64,000 nt of DNA from an uncultured Acidobacteriota bacterium (lineage in GTDB: Bacteria > Acidobacteriota > Blastocatellia > RBC074), in assembly GCA_963796275.1 (NCBI GenBank), contig CAWCKY010000004.1, positions 416,001 to 480,000 on the forward strand. Reading direction: 5' to 3'. The notes below the pieces were generated by a model, which saw nothing but the letters and a program-made list of their open reading frames with translations, had not been told where the DNA came from and ran no database searches. Shown here piece after piece: positions 39,418 to 50,542 of this stretch (position 1 is its first letter; each line of letters starts with the position of its first letter). A program made the position numbers and the translations under genes.

Positions 39418-39625
39418 AGTCAAAACTTCTCGATTGAATCTGATCAGAGCTCAGAGAATAACAAGAGAATAATTAAATCTCAAATTCAGTCCGGATTTAC
39501 GGGATACATCGTGAGGTAAGAGATCGATGCATAAACTCGCTGATTTTTGCGTTTTTTATTTTCACCTGATAATCTGGCAATCGAGACTAATAGACAAAAC
39601 CAACACTAACGGAGGGTGGACGAAC

Positions 39626-41077
39626 TTGCTGAAAACACTTCTACTCAATCCCCCATCGTTCGAGAAATTCGATGGCGGCGCAAGTTCACGCTGGCCCGCA
39701 ACGCGTGAGATTGAGAGTTACTGGTATCCGGTATGGCTCGCCTACCCGGCTGCCATGATCCGGGACCGGGGGGGCCTTTCGCGCCTGCTCGATGCGCCGC
39801 CCCATCATATCGGGCCGGAAGAGACGGCGCATATCGCCGGGGATTATGAATTCGTAGTCCTCTTCACATCGCACGTCGGCTTCAATAATGACGTCAAGCT
39901 GGCCGAGCGCATGAAAGAGCTGACCCCGGATCTGAAAATAGCCTTCGTTGGGCCGCCGGTCACGACCCATCCCGAACAGGCGCTGCGCGCAAGCAGCGCT
40001 ATCGATTTTGTCACGCATAAAGAGTTCGATTACACCGTCACACGCTTCGCTGCCGGTGAGCCGCTTGAAAAAATTCCCGGCGTCTATTTTCTGAAGGATG
40101 GCCGGATGGTTTCAACTCCGAGCGAACCGCTGGTGACCGAGCTGGATAAACTTCCGTGGGTGACGCCCATCTACAAACGTGATCTGGATTTCAAGCGATA
40201 CAATGTTCCCTTTCTGCTGAACCCATTTATCGCTTTCTATTCGACGCGCGGATGCCCGGCGCTCTGCACCTTCTGTCTCTGGCCCCAGACTTTCGACGAT
40301 CACCGTTGGCGCCAGCGCTCGGTCGAGGATGTGCGCAATGAAGTAGAATGGGCCCTGAATGCGTTCAAGCCGGAGGGGCTGCAGGAAATATTCTTCGATG
40401 ACGATACCTTCACCTTCAATCCCAACCGGATGATCGAAATGAGCAAAGTCTTCAAACCACTGAAATTTCAATGGTCGAGCACTTCGCGCGCACACCTCGA
40501 TTACGAGACGCTGAAGGTAATGAGGGATGCCGGCTGCCGCCTCTTCATCGTCGGCTTCGAATCAGGTAATGAGGAGATACTTAAGAAAATCAAAAAAGGG
40601 ATCACAGCGCGGCGCGGGCTGCAATTCGTCAAGGATTGCAAACGAGCGGGGATCAAGGTCCACGCCGATTTCATCATCGGCCTGCCCGGCGAGACGCGCG
40701 AGACAATCCGCGAGACGATCGAATACGCCAAGGAGATGGACCCCGAAACCTTGCAGGTATCCGTCGCACACGCTTATCCGGGAACGGAGATGTACGACTG
40801 GTTCAAGTCAAATGGCGTCTTCCTCAACAACACGATGTCCGATGAGCTCGGGCAACAACTGCCGATGGCCAATTTCCCGCACCTGACTGCGGCGGAGATG
40901 CTCGAGTGGGTTCACAGGTTCTACGATGAATATTACTTCCGCCCGAAGGTCGTGGTCCGGATAGTGAAGGACGCGGTCTTCAAGAGCAGCGAAAGAAAGC
41001 GTCTTTATAAGGAAGCTAAAGAATATCTGGCTACCAGAGCGAGAAGACGCGAGCTTGTTCGATCAAGACAGCTATAA
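39626..41077 (+). CDS. hpnJ: Hopanoid biosynthesis radical SAM protein
   Basis: KTLLLNPPSFEKFDGGASSRW..REI.SYWYP N-terminus; RGCPALCTFCLWP; TTG start after GGAGG. Confidence 0.9.
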   Translation: MLKTLLLNPPSFEKFDGGASSRWPATREIESYWYPVWLAYPAAMIRDRGGLSRLLDAPPHHIGPEETAHIAGDYEFVVLFTSHVGFNNDVKLAERMKELTPDLKIAFVGPPVTTHPEQALRASSAIDFVTHKEFDYTVTRFAAGEPLEKIPGVYFLKDGRMVSTPSEPLVTELDKLPWVTPIYKRDLDFKRYNVPFLLNPFIAFYSTRGCPALCTFCLWPQTFDDHRWRQRSVEDVRNEVEWALNAFKPEGLQEIFFDDDTFTFNPNRMIEMSKVFKPLKFQWSSTSRAHLDYETLKVMRDAGCRLFIVGFESGNEEILKKIKKGITARRGLQFVKDCKRAGIKVHADFIIGLPGETRETIRETIEYAKEMDPETLQVSVAHAYPGTEMYDWFKSNGVFLNNTMSDELGQQLPMANFPHLTAAEMLEWVHRFYDEYYFRPKVVVRIVKDAVFKSSERKRLYKEAKEYLATRARRRELVRSRQL

Positions 41078-41097
41078 ATGCGATCAAAAAATAAGCT

Positions 41098-41167
41098 TTG
41101 GCATATTTTTCGCTTTCGCGAACCACGATTGATGATATAATCGTAATCGCGTTGAGATGACTCTCAA
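41098..41167 (+). promoter_or_regulatory. Promoter cluster upstream of the mreB-like gene
   Basis: sigma54-like TTGGCA..TTCGC (GG-N10-GC at 41100-41113); extended -10 TGaTATAAT at 41133-41141; palindrome TTGAGA-TGAC-TCTCAA at 41152-41167. Confidence 0.35.
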
Positions 41168-41626
41168 GGGTGTGGGTGTTCGGGTTATGGAGTAACGCAA
41201 TTTAGTTACAATGGAAGTAACAGAGGATCATCGAAGATCATCAAACGCGATCGAAAGATTCGATTAATGACGCGATTGAATGAAATGATCATCTGAGAAA
41301 ACGTTACTAAGACCGCGGACAAGCACCCATCCCAGATCTTTTCCCCCAGACCCCCCCCGAGAGTCTCGTTTATTTGCGCTGCCCATTCACATGGTGGAGA
41401 GATAGCTGCCAATCTAAGGACGCTCGATCATTCCATCTCAGTTCGTACAACGTTACGCAATTGGTCAAATTAGTGACTTGACTTGGATGCAGGACGCGAG
41501 AAAGAGCACACAGCGTCTGAATTCCGGTATCTAGTTGTACCCAGCATCGGCATCGGTCTATTTGATTGATGCAAATTCACATGCCCTCAAGTTGTGTGTT
41601 GATTGATAACGAGAAGGGGACCCTTC

Positions 41627-42655
41627 ATGTCATTGTCCATATTATCAAGCCTGCGCAGGATGATTGCCGCGCCGGATTTGGCGATCGATATGGGAACCGC
41701 CAATACCCGGCTCTATGCGCTCGGATGTGGGCTAATAGCTGATGAAGCATCATTGATAAAAATCAGGCCTGAGACTGGCGCCGTCGAAGCAGTGGGGAAT
41801 AAGGCCGCACGCCTGTCATTGAAAGACCCTGCCGCACAATCGATTTCCCCTCTCCACGCGGGCGTCGTAGCCGATGTCGACGCGGCGAGTTCATTGCTCA
41901 AACCACTGGTCAAACGGGCCAAGCGATATGGATTGCTCAAACCACGGGCGCTGGCTTGCGCGCCGACCGATGCCTGCGAAGAAGAAAGGGCGGCTCTGGT
42001 CGAAGCGACAACGCGCGCGGGCGCGTCCTCGGTCATGATCGTCCCGGAACCGCTGGCGGCGGCGATCGGCGCAGGTCTCGATATCACGATGCCATATGCC
42101 CAGATGCTGGTCGATATCGGCGATGGCGTCACGGACATTGCTGTCATACGTTCCAGCACCTTGATTACGACCTGTGCATTGCGGACCGCCTGCAGCGATC
42201 TGCATCATGCGGTCTCGCAGATGATCGCTTTTCGCTACGGCGTACTGCTCTTTCCCAACGAGGCCGAGCGCCTGACACATCGAGTCGGCGCGGTGGAAGA
42301 CTTTGAAGAGGATGAGCTATACGTCACATATGGGACTGACCTGCTCACCGGCGGTCCTGTCAGTCTGTGCGTCAGCAACCTCGACGTGATTGAAGCGATC
42401 GAATCGGTGCTCGAAACTATAATAAAAGCCATCCAGGGCACTGTCCGCGATCTTCCGCCCAAGACATCATGCGAAGTGATCGAGAATGGTATCTGCCTGA
42501 CCGGCGGCGGCGCGCAGCTCCGCGGATTGCCATCGAGGCTCTCTCAGGCCACCTCTCTCGACGTTCACACAGCTCCCGACCCGATGCGCGCGGTGATCAA
42601 CGGCGCGAAACAGATGCTCAGTGTCGGGGCCGCAACGAATCTCTGGCGAGCGTGA
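41627..42655 (+). CDS. Orphan MreB/Mbl-like actin ATPase
   Basis: AIDMGTANT, EPLAAAIGAG, VDIGDGVTD, GICLTGGGA; no mreC/mreD adjacent. Confidence 0.88.
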   Translation: MSLSILSSLRRMIAAPDLAIDMGTANTRLYALGCGLIADEASLIKIRPETGAVEAVGNKAARLSLKDPAAQSISPLHAGVVADVDAASSLLKPLVKRAKRYGLLKPRALACAPTDACEEERAALVEATTRAGASSVMIVPEPLAAAIGAGLDITMPYAQMLVDIGDGVTDIAVIRSSTLITTCALRTACSDLHHAVSQMIAFRYGVLLFPNEAERLTHRVGAVEDFEEDELYVTYGTDLLTGGPVSLCVSNLDVIEAIESVLETIIKAIQGTVRDLPPKTSCEVIENGICLTGGGAQLRGLPSRLSQATSLDVHTAPDPMRAVINGAKQMLSVGAATNLWRA

Positions 42656-42789
42656 AGTAGAATCTATCTCAATAATTAAGAAAATTACAAAAGACACATA
42701 AGATCTCTTTCTTATGTGTCTTTTGTTTTTTTGTGATTTTTGTGGTGAATCCTTCTTTGTTGGATACCTATGTAATAGAATCCTGAACA

Positions 42790-42999
42790 ATGTCGCTGAA
42801 AACCAGACAAAATCCCGATACGGGCGTTCTCGAGGTCTTCGCCAACGATGAATGGGTCAATTTCGAGGACTTTCGTAAACATCAGATCGATGAAGCGTAT
42901 AAAAATTCGATCAAGTTTTTACGTGACAGGCTTGGTGAAGATGCAGTAAATGAACTAACACAAAAACCTGATGAGGCTAACCATGAATCACAGCGTTAA
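42790..42999 (+). CDS. Small hypothetical protein
   Basis: 69-aa ATG ORF with protein-like composition, overlapping the next gene. Confidence 0.6.
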   Translation: MSLKTRQNPDTGVLEVFANDEWVNFEDFRKHQIDEAYKNSIKFLRDRLGEDAVNELTQKPDEANHESQR

Positions 43000-45001
43000 A
43001 GCAGTTTTTCACGTAGTTCTACTGCACTTAGCGTTTCTGACATTGGCCGGTTTAGCTATGGCTCAATCCGTTCCGGATGAAGATCGGCGTCTTACCGAAA
43101 TCCGCCATCTCGATCTCACCTATACCTTCCCCGAATATCGATCCAAGGAAGAGTGGCTGGAGCGCGCGGATCATCTGCGCAAACAGATATTATTCAGCGC
43201 CGGGTTATGGCCGTTGCCAGAGAAAACCCCGCTCAAACCGGTCATCTTCGGCAAAGTGGACCGCGGGGATCATACGATCGAGAAGGTCTATTTCGAGAGT
43301 CTCCCTGGGTATTACGTCACAGGGAATCTCTATCGTCCTAAAAATACCGCCGGGAAGTTACCCGGTGTGCTTACGCCGCACGGTCATTGGACCTATGGAA
43401 GGTTTGAGAATAGCGAGTTAAATTCCGGCCCCGGCCGTGCCGCCAATTTCGCGCGTCAGGGTTATGTCGCATTCAATTATGATATGGTGGGCTTCGGCGA
43501 CAATACGGCCATCACTCACCGGTTTGCGGATCACAACGTAACGAAGCCCGAAGCGCTCTGGAACGTCACCATGCTCGGTCTTCAGCTATGGAACAGCATG
43601 CGCTCGGTCGACTTCCTCCTCTCCTTACCCGAAGTCGATCCCGAACGAATAGCCTGCACCGGCGAATCAGGCGGAGGGACGCAGACTTTTCTGCTCATGG
43701 CAACCGATGATCGAATCAAATTGGCTGCACCCGTGAATATGATTTCCTTCCATATGCAGGGTGGAAGCCTGTGCGAGAATGCGCCGAACCTGAGGGTTGA
43801 GACAAATAATGTGGAATTCGGCGCGATGATGGCGCCCCGACCGTTGATGCTCGTTTCGGCTACCGGCGATTGGACTAAGAATATGATGAACTCGGAATAT
43901 CCGGCGATACGCAGCATCTATCGCCTCCTGGGTGCGGAGGATAAGGTCACGGCCGTCCAGGTGGATGCGCCGCACAACTACAACCGGGAGAGTCGCGAGG
44001 CAGTCTACGGGTGGTTCGCACATTGGTTTCTCGGGAGGAAAGAGACCAGTCCGATAAAAGAGCCCAACAGCGATGTCACCCCGCTCTCCAACATAATGGT
44101 TTTTTTCAGCCGCGCTCGACCCGATAATGAACTTAATGAAGAACGTCTTGCAACATACTTGATAGAAACGGCTAAAAAACAATACGATAAATCATATCCT
44201 GACGGCGCGAGCGGCCTGGAAAGATTCCGCGAGAAATTCGGCACCGCGCTCAAGTACTCCTTAATGGCCGAGTATCCCGCTGCGGGCAGCATTATCGCCA
44301 GTAAACCTCAGATAAGCCCGCTTAATGAGCAGGGCAAAGGCGGAACGAAGGAGGAATTTTTCATCGCGCGCGCCGGCCGAGGCGAACGCATCCCGATGCA
44401 GTTATGGAAGCAGGCGGAGGCGCAGACCGTAAATTCAATCGTGCTTCTCTTATCGCCCGCCGACACCACAGCCGAACTGACGGAGCTATTGATGAAGAAC
44501 GGCCACACGGTAGCCACTCTGACCAGCTTTCCCGGCGGCAGGAAAATACCGGAAAATATCAAATATTTTACGACTTATAACAAGACCGACGAAGCTCACC
44601 GCGTGCAGGAGATACTGACATCCATCGCGTATCTCAAGAAGATATACGCCGATGCGCGTTTGAGCATAGTGGCTCAAGGCCAGTCCGGGTTGTGGGCGCT
44701 GCTCGCACGCGGGCTCGCGCCCAAGATAGACAGAATGGCAATCGATGCATCGAAGTTCGATACTTCGAGCGACGAAGAATTTTTGAAATACCTGCCGATT
44801 CCGGGCATCCGGCGGGCGGGCGATTTCAAGACCTCGGTTACCATTTCGCCGCTTACACCATTATTGATTCACAATACCGGGGATAAATTCCGCACCTCAG
44901 CGATAGCTGATGCATACAGCAAGTTTGGGCGTACAGCAGATTTCAAGACGCAACAAACCGGTATATCAAATACGTCATTGATATCCTGGCTTACCAAATA
45001 A
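42983..45001 (+). CDS. Exported alpha/beta hydrolase (acetylxylan esterase-like)
   Basis: Signal peptide AMA-QS; PHGHW, GESGGGTQT nucleophile elbow, HNY. Confidence 0.82.
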   Translation: MNHSVKAVFHVVLLHLAFLTLAGLAMAQSVPDEDRRLTEIRHLDLTYTFPEYRSKEEWLERADHLRKQILFSAGLWPLPEKTPLKPVIFGKVDRGDHTIEKVYFESLPGYYVTGNLYRPKNTAGKLPGVLTPHGHWTYGRFENSELNSGPGRAANFARQGYVAFNYDMVGFGDNTAITHRFADHNVTKPEALWNVTMLGLQLWNSMRSVDFLLSLPEVDPERIACTGESGGGTQTFLLMATDDRIKLAAPVNMISFHMQGGSLCENAPNLRVETNNVEFGAMMAPRPLMLVSATGDWTKNMMNSEYPAIRSIYRLLGAEDKVTAVQVDAPHNYNRESREAVYGWFAHWFLGRKETSPIKEPNSDVTPLSNIMVFFSRARPDNELNEERLATYLIETAKKQYDKSYPDGASGLERFREKFGTALKYSLMAEYPAAGSIIASKPQISPLNEQGKGGTKEEFFIARAGRGERIPMQLWKQAEAQTVNSIVLLLSPADTTAELTELLMKNGHTVATLTSFPGGRKIPENIKYFTTYNKTDEAHRVQEILTSIAYLKKIYADARLSIVAQGQSGLWALLARGLAPKIDRMAIDASKFDTSSDEEFLKYLPIPGIRRAGDFKTSVTISPLTPLLIHNTGDKFRTSAIADAYSKFGRTADFKTQQTGISNTSLISWLTK

Positions 45002-45011
45002 AAGGGGATAA

Positions 45012-45284
45012 ATGGCTGAGAGCCAAAACCAAAACCAAAATCCATATTCGCAGACATTAGTTATCGATGCAGACCAATTCACATTTGATACAGTAGAGGA
45101 GCACAATGGAATCGCGACTGTAGTGCGGTTCAAAGTTGAGAACCCGGAAGTCAAGGCAGGCGATGTGCTACTGATACTCGCCGACGCAGAGATACATTTC
45201 CATGGATTGATCGGAAAGATCGAAGATGGGTGGGCGATTGCTTCGGACCGAAAGGGCTCGATGCTGTCTGTGATGATCCACTGA
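45012..45284 (+). CDS. Small hypothetical beta-rich protein
   Basis: 90-aa ORF with RBS (AAGGGG) directly after the hydrolase. Confidence 0.65.
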   Translation: MAESQNQNQNPYSQTLVIDADQFTFDTVEEHNGIATVVRFKVENPEVKAGDVLLILADAEIHFHGLIGKIEDGWAIASDRKGSMLSVMIH

Positions 45285-45361
45285 GTCTGTTTGAGCAAGG
45301 ATTAACGATTCATTTAACGCTAGCCGGGGATGGAGCGAAGCGTAGCTTCGATCTACAGCCT

Positions 45362-46807
45362 TCACATAATCTGTTCAATTACCATCCCGCCAAAATCCGT
45401 CAACCTTTCGTCGCGGCCATTGTGTAGATATGTCAGTCGCATCTGATCGAGGCCTAGCAAATGAAGGATCGTCGCGTGAATGTCACGAGGGTGATAACGC
45501 TCGCCAACGGTACGGAACCCTAATTCATCAGTCTGCCCGATCACCTGTCCGCCTTTTACGCCGCCGCCGGCCATCCACATCGAAAATGCTGTAGGATTGT
45601 GATCTCGCCCTTTACCGTTCTCCGACACCGGTGTTCGACCGAATTCGGTCCCCCAGATGACAAGCGTCGAATCGAGCAAACCCCGTCCCTTTAAATCTTT
45701 GAGCAAGCCGGCGACCGGCCTGTCGGTCCAGCGGCACATCTGTTCGTGATTCGTTTTGACGTTGTCGTGTGCGTCCCATTGCACTTTCACCGGCCCCCCT
45801 CCGGAAAACAATAATACGAAGCGAACGCCGCGTTCTACGAGTCTGCGGGCGAGCAAACACCTCGTTCCGAACTCGACAGTTTGCGGATCGTCGATCCCGT
45901 AAAGCTTCTTCGTTTCTCTGCTCTCGCTGCTCAGATCGACTGCCTCGGGCGCGTGTTGCTGCATGCGGAATGCAAGCTCATAGGAGGCGATGCGGGCCGC
46001 AAATTCGCTGTCATCCTCGCGCAACCCGATTTCATTCATTCTGCGCATGAACTCGAGCATTTGCTTCTGCTGCCCACTGCTGATCTCTTTCTGCGGAGCT
46101 AAATGGAGGATGGGCGTTGAACCGTTGCGCAATTGAGTGCCCTGATAGAAGGCAGGCAGATAACCGGAATCCCACATCGGGACGCCGCCTTCGGGCAGAC
46201 CTTCGGGTTGAGTCATGACACAGAATGCCGGCAGGTTTTCGCTCAAGCTGCCCAGGCCGTAGGTCACCCAACTTCCCAGCGAGGGATGGGAGGGAACCAC
46301 TCGCCCCGACATCATCTGGTACATAGCAGGCGCATGGACAAAACTTTCCGTGTAACACGAGCGCAGCACCGCGATATCATCAATGCATGTCGCTATATTC
46401 GGCAGCAAGTCGGAGACTTCGATTCCCGATTTCCCGTATTTTTTGAACTTCCACGCGCTGCCCATAAGTGGCGTTCCGGCTTTGACGAATTGACTTTTGA
46501 TCTCACCGAAACTCGGCGGCAACTGCTGGCCGTGAAGCTTATCCAACACCGGTTTCGGATCGAACGTCTCCATCTGACTCGGCCCGCCGACCATGAAGAG
46601 CAGAATCACCGATTTGGCCTTGGGGGCGAAATGTGGTTGTTTGGGCGCTAGCGGGTTCTGCAACTTCGACGACTTGTCCCGCTGGATGGCTTGTGCCTCG
46701 CGTGCGAGCAAATATGAGAGCGCGATAGCACCGAAGCCGTTGCCGGCGTGTGAAAGGAAGTCACGGCGCGTGGTGGATATGGGGAGATGGGAATTATCTT
46801 TTTTCAT
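45362..46807 (-). CDS. DUF1501 domain protein (Tat-exported)
   Basis: TRRDFL twin-arginine motif, [38 protein letters not shown]. Confidence 0.93.
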   Translation of the reverse strand: MKKDNSHLPISTTRRDFLSHAGNGFGAIALSYLLAREAQAIQRDKSSKLQNPLAPKQPHFAPKAKSVILLFMVGGPSQMETFDPKPVLDKLHGQQLPPSFGEIKSQFVKAGTPLMGSAWKFKKYGKSGIEVSDLLPNIATCIDDIAVLRSCYTESFVHAPAMYQMMSGRVVPSHPSLGSWVTYGLGSLSENLPAFCVMTQPEGLPEGGVPMWDSGYLPAFYQGTQLRNGSTPILHLAPQKEISSGQQKQMLEFMRRMNEIGLREDDSEFAARIASYELAFRMQQHAPEAVDLSSESRETKKLYGIDDPQTVEFGTRCLLARRLVERGVRFVLLFSGGGPVKVQWDAHDNVKTNHEQMCRWTDRPVAGLLKDLKGRGLLDSTLVIWGTEFGRTPVSENGKGRDHNPTAFSMWMAGGGVKGGQVIGQTDELGFRTVGERYHPRDIHATILHLLGLDQMRLTYLHNGRDERLTDFGGMVIEQIM

Positions 46808-46842
46808 AAGCTTCAGTACTCTGGAAACTAAGCTTTTTTCTA

Positions 46843-46878
46843 TTCAGCCTGGTTTACCGGGCTTTCCCGCAGGGCAAA
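46843..46878. repeat. Second copy of the 2505 element left arm
   Basis: ttcagcctggtttaccgggctttcccgcagggcaaa vs ttcagcccgcttcatcggggctttcccgcggagcaaa. Confidence 0.5.
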
Positions 46879-47037
46879 TCGTGCTACTGTGTCCAAAATT
46901 CTCGAATTTCCTTGGAAATTCGTATGTGCGATCTGTGTACCCCTTGTTGGATCTGAATATCAGTAAAACTCCTCTCGATTTCCTAAGTAATCGAGAACAT
47001 TTTATGACACAGTAGCAATAGACCAGCCGAATGATGG

Positions 47038-47793
47038 CTACTGCGCCGATGGAATGGTCACCCGCGACAGCGTCGTTGATATGAGGCGGGTTTTATCGAC
47101 CAGCACAATATCGTACGTCTGCCCGGCAACCCCCTTCAGCGAATCCGATACCAGATTGAACTCCCTCTCGCCATTCGTATAGGCTCCGGCGGTGATGTCC
47201 AGCTCGACCTTCTCGCCTCGAAACAGGAGAACACTGTAGTTTCCGCTCCCCTCACGGAAATTGCCGTCGAAAGACAAAAATCCATCGCCGTTGACTCTCC
47301 GCAAACCCCGCAAATTGAAATTGCAATTGTCTACTCGCGACGAGGGCGAATCGAAAATCAGGCAGGTGCGCAAGGTGGCGAGCCGCTGCTTGGTGGATGC
47401 CTGAAAAATACCAACATCGACAGAGTAGAGGCCGGTAGGACTCGCATCGCCGAAATGAAATGATGTATCGAGAACCAGCGATTGATGCTTGCCCATGCTC
47501 TGTAAGACTGGCCCCGGATCCCGTTTGCGAGTGCGCGTCACCTGCTTATGCCCGACCTTTCCATCTTTATCCGTTTCCTCTACCGTTTCTGAATAGGAAT
47601 ACCTCACGACTGTGTAAAAGTGATCAGTGATCGATTCGAGCGCGATTAGCTCAACCTTGATCTGATCGCCCGATTGAAAGACGTTGCCATTGGTCCTGAG
47701 CGCGACATATCCGTTTTGCCACTGGGCTTCCGCAGTGTTCGAGAGCAATATGACTGATAGAAACGTCAGAATAGAAACCAACTTTCGTACCAT
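47038..47793 (-). CDS. Exported hypothetical beta-rich protein
   Basis: Signal peptide ending AEA-Q; 251-aa ORF co-oriented between DUF1553 and DUF1501 genes. Confidence 0.75.
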   Translation of the reverse strand: MVRKLVSILTFLSVILLSNTAEAQWQNGYVALRTNGNVFQSGDQIKVELIALESITDHFYTVVRYSYSETVEETDKDGKVGHKQVTRTRKRDPGPVLQSMGKHQSLVLDTSFHFGDASPTGLYSVDVGIFQASTKQRLATLRTCLIFDSPSSRVDNCNFNLRGLRRVNGDGFLSFDGNFREGSGNYSVLLFRGEKVELDITAGAYTNGEREFNLVSDSLKGVAGQTYDIVLVDKTRLISTTLSRVTIPSAQ

Positions 47794-47804
47794 TATTGTC
47801 CCCC

Positions 47805-50120
47805 CTATTTCAGATATACGAATTCATTCAAGTTGAGCGTCGCCAGGCATAAATCAACCCAGGCGGCCGCCCTCGATTTGCTGATAGATATCGGCAAATC
47901 TTTCATCTTCACGATGCTTTCGTCTTTGCGTTGCCGAATCGTTTCGGTTTGATCGCTGAGGAACGACCGGGTGAGGCGTATTTCGGCGAGTTGCGGCTTG
48001 CGACCGAGAACCAACTGATAAAGCCTGCCAATCATCACCCCCTCATCGCCACCCGACTCTTGCAACAGACGATGGGCTAACGAGCGGCTCTGCTGAAACA
48101 TAAAATCACTGTTCATCAACGTAAGCGCTTGCAGCGCATGGATGCTGACGCTGCGCGCGCCGCACGAGCTCATCAGGTCAGGCGAATCGAAGGCGACGAG
48201 CAGCGGCAGCCGCACGTTTCGTTTGCGTATCAGATAGATGGAGCGGCGCGTGTGCTGGCGCGCATCCGGATGCACTGGCCATAGATTGTCCGGTTCGGCC
48301 TCGGTAAAGATAGTGTCATAGACTTCCGGTTCCAGAGGTACCCGGATCGAGGGACCGCCAGTCTGCTCCGTCAGCGTGCCGGCCGCAGCCAGCACCGCAT
48401 CGCGTATCGATTCAGCATCGAGTCTCTGCCTATTCATGCGCCAGAAGAGCCTGTTTTCGGGGTCAATCTTCGCCTTGGTCGAATCAACGGCTGACGACTG
48501 CTGATAAGCATTCGAGAGCACCATCAATTCGTGCATCTGCTTCATGCTCCATGCGCGCGCGACAAACTCTGTCGCCAGCCAATCGAGCAGATCAGGGTGT
48601 GTGGGCTGTTTTCCATTCCGACCAAAATCATTGGGAGTCGCGACGATTCCCCTCCCGAAGTGATAATGCCAGAGCCTGTTCATCATCACCCGCGCGGTCA
48701 GCGGATGTTCCGCACGCGTCAACCAGCGAGCGAAAGCGAGCCGGCGACCCGTGGATTTTACGCCCTCGGGCAACGCCGGTATTTCAACCGGCGGCGCCTC
48801 TTGCGGCAATAAAACGCTTAAAAATCGTGGTGTCACAGCATCGCCGGGCCGGTGCGGATCGCCGCCTTTCAGAATATGCATTGCCGGCACAGGAGCGATC
48901 GCATCGGCGACGCTCAGTGCCTTGGGGAGAGGATCGGGAGCATAAAGTTCGATCGCGTGCATTTGCCGGCGGAGGGCCGCACGTTTTTCACGGTCATCCT
49001 TCGATAGCGCCGGGACCAGCTCGTCCCAGTTGACATCGAGCATTCGCTGCGCATCCTTCGCCAGGCTCTTCTCCTCCTCATTGCGCAGTTTTTCATCCTT
49101 CGCCATTGCACGCGCGTATTGTGGCTCAAGCTTCGCCCGTTTCTCCGCCGTCAAACGATCCTTGTAGGGTTTCTCGATCGCGGCGATCCCATCCTCGATC
49201 GGCTTGAGCTTGGCTTTATGCGTTTTGACCTCGGCGTTGAAGGCTTCCCCCCGCTCTTTTGCCGGCGGTTTGTAATCGTGGTTGTCGGTTGCGGCGAAGA
49301 AGGCCTGGAGGCGATAGAAATCCGCCTGCGGTATCGGATCGAATTTATGATCGTGGCAGCGCGCGCAGCCGACGGTCAACCCCATAATTCCGTTTCCGAC
49401 GCCGAACATCACCTCGGTCAACCATTCCTGGCGATTTATCGCAAGATCCTGATTGCCCGCGACGACGTGTTGCGGCCCGGCGCGTATAAACCCGGTCGCC
49501 ACTCTCAGCTCGAAATCTTCAGGTGCGATCTCGTCGCCGGCGATCTGTTCAAGAATGAAGCGGTCATATGGTTTGTCATGGTTGAACGATTTGACGACGT
49601 AGTCGCGATAACGCCATGCCTGTTCGCGATCGGCGTCGAGCTCGAAGCCATTCGTTTCACCGAAACGCGTGACATCGAGCCAGTGTTGCGCCCAACGTTC
49701 TCCATAACGCGGCGAAGCGAGTAAGCGTTCGACGACCTTGCGATATGCGCCAGGCGATCGGTCGGCGAGGAATGCTCTGATCTCATCGGGCGTTGGCGGC
49801 ATCCCGGTTAAGTCGAATGTCACGCGGCGTAAGAGAGTTTGCTTGTCCGCCCGTGGCGAAGGCGCCAACCCTTCCTTTTCCAGATCGGCAAGGATGAAGG
49901 AATCGATGGGATTGCGAACCCAGGCTTTGAACTTGACTCCAGGTTCGGGCCGGCGGACCGGCGCGCGGAAGGCCCAGTAATTGCGTTGCTCCGCAGTGAG
50001 CGGCTTCGAAGCTGCGCCTGTCTGTACCCTCGTATGTGCCGGTTGGGTGTGGAAAATAAAAATGATCAGCGGAGCGGCGATGAGAGGAATCAGTTTGAAA
50101 CGCTTATGTTTCATATCCAT
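47805..50120 (-). CDS. DUF1549/DUF1553 (PSCyt2/PSD1) protein
   Basis: [63 protein letters not shown]; exact start uncertain. Confidence 0.93.
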   Translation of the reverse strand: MDMKHKRFKLIPLIAAPLIIFIFHTQPAHTRVQTGAASKPLTAEQRNYWAFRAPVRRPEPGVKFKAWVRNPIDSFILADLEKEGLAPSPRADKQTLLRRVTFDLTGMPPTPDEIRAFLADRSPGAYRKVVERLLASPRYGERWAQHWLDVTRFGETNGFELDADREQAWRYRDYVVKSFNHDKPYDRFILEQIAGDEIAPEDFELRVATGFIRAGPQHVVAGNQDLAINRQEWLTEVMFGVGNGIMGLTVGCARCHDHKFDPIPQADFYRLQAFFAATDNHDYKPPAKERGEAFNAEVKTHKAKLKPIEDGIAAIEKPYKDRLTAEKRAKLEPQYARAMAKDEKLRNEEEKSLAKDAQRMLDVNWDELVPALSKDDREKRAALRRQMHAIELYAPDPLPKALSVADAIAPVPAMHILKGGDPHRPGDAVTPRFLSVLLPQEAPPVEIPALPEGVKSTGRRLAFARWLTRAEHPLTARVMMNRLWHYHFGRGIVATPNDFGRNGKQPTHPDLLDWLATEFVARAWSMKQMHELMVLSNAYQQSSAVDSTKAKIDPENRLFWRMNRQRLDAESIRDAVLAAAGTLTEQTGGPSIRVPLEPEVYDTIFTEAEPDNLWPVHPDARQHTRRSIYLIRKRNVRLPLLVAFDSPDLMSSCGARSVSIHALQALTLMNSDFMFQQSRSLAHRLLQESGGDEGVMIGRLYQLVLGRKPQLAEIRLTRSFLSDQTETIRQRKDESIVKMKDLPISISKSRAAAWVDLCLATLNLNEFVYLK

Positions 50121-50257
50121 CAGATGGCAAATGAAAATTGTCAAAACTGCGGTAAGACGAATAATCAGGAGAGATGATAGGCCAGGAGGGGTTCTCTTAT
50201 CAATCGCGGAAGCTTTCGCGGTATTTTTACTTTTGCAGTATTTTTATTCGATATTAC

Positions 50258-50542
50258 TTATTTGAGTACGCTGGATCGCATACATTCGGGGGAGCAGAAG
50301 GTCCGCGCGGATTTCCGTGATGAGACTGAGACAGCATCACGCGACATGACGAAGGCTCCGCACGCGGCGCATTGAACCATCTCCGTATTGGCGACGGCCC
50401 GGCCGCTGACCTCTTCGCGCAGGTTCTGAAAATCCTTGATCGTCCCGCGCAGCCGATGGGAGAGACGCGCTATCGACTTGAAAACGTAGACGATGAAGGC
50501 GAATGCCAGAAGGATCAGAACGCAACGAATGATAAAACTCAA
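50258..50542 (-). CDS. Small membrane-anchored zinc-binding protein (PP0621/TRASH-like)
   Basis: N-terminal TM; MVQCAACGAFV and FCSPEC; start overlaps the upstream stop. Confidence 0.75.
   Translation of the reverse strand: MSFIIRCVLILLAFAFIVYVFKSIARLSHRLRGTIKDFQNLREEVSGRAVANTEMVQCAACGAFVMSRDAVSVSSRKSARTFCSPECMRSSVLK

Noticed and set aside
41152-41167. HspR (HAIR) or Fur box assignment for TTGAGA-TGAC-TCTCAA
   Set aside because: Spacer length fits neither consensus; kept only as an unassigned palindrome.
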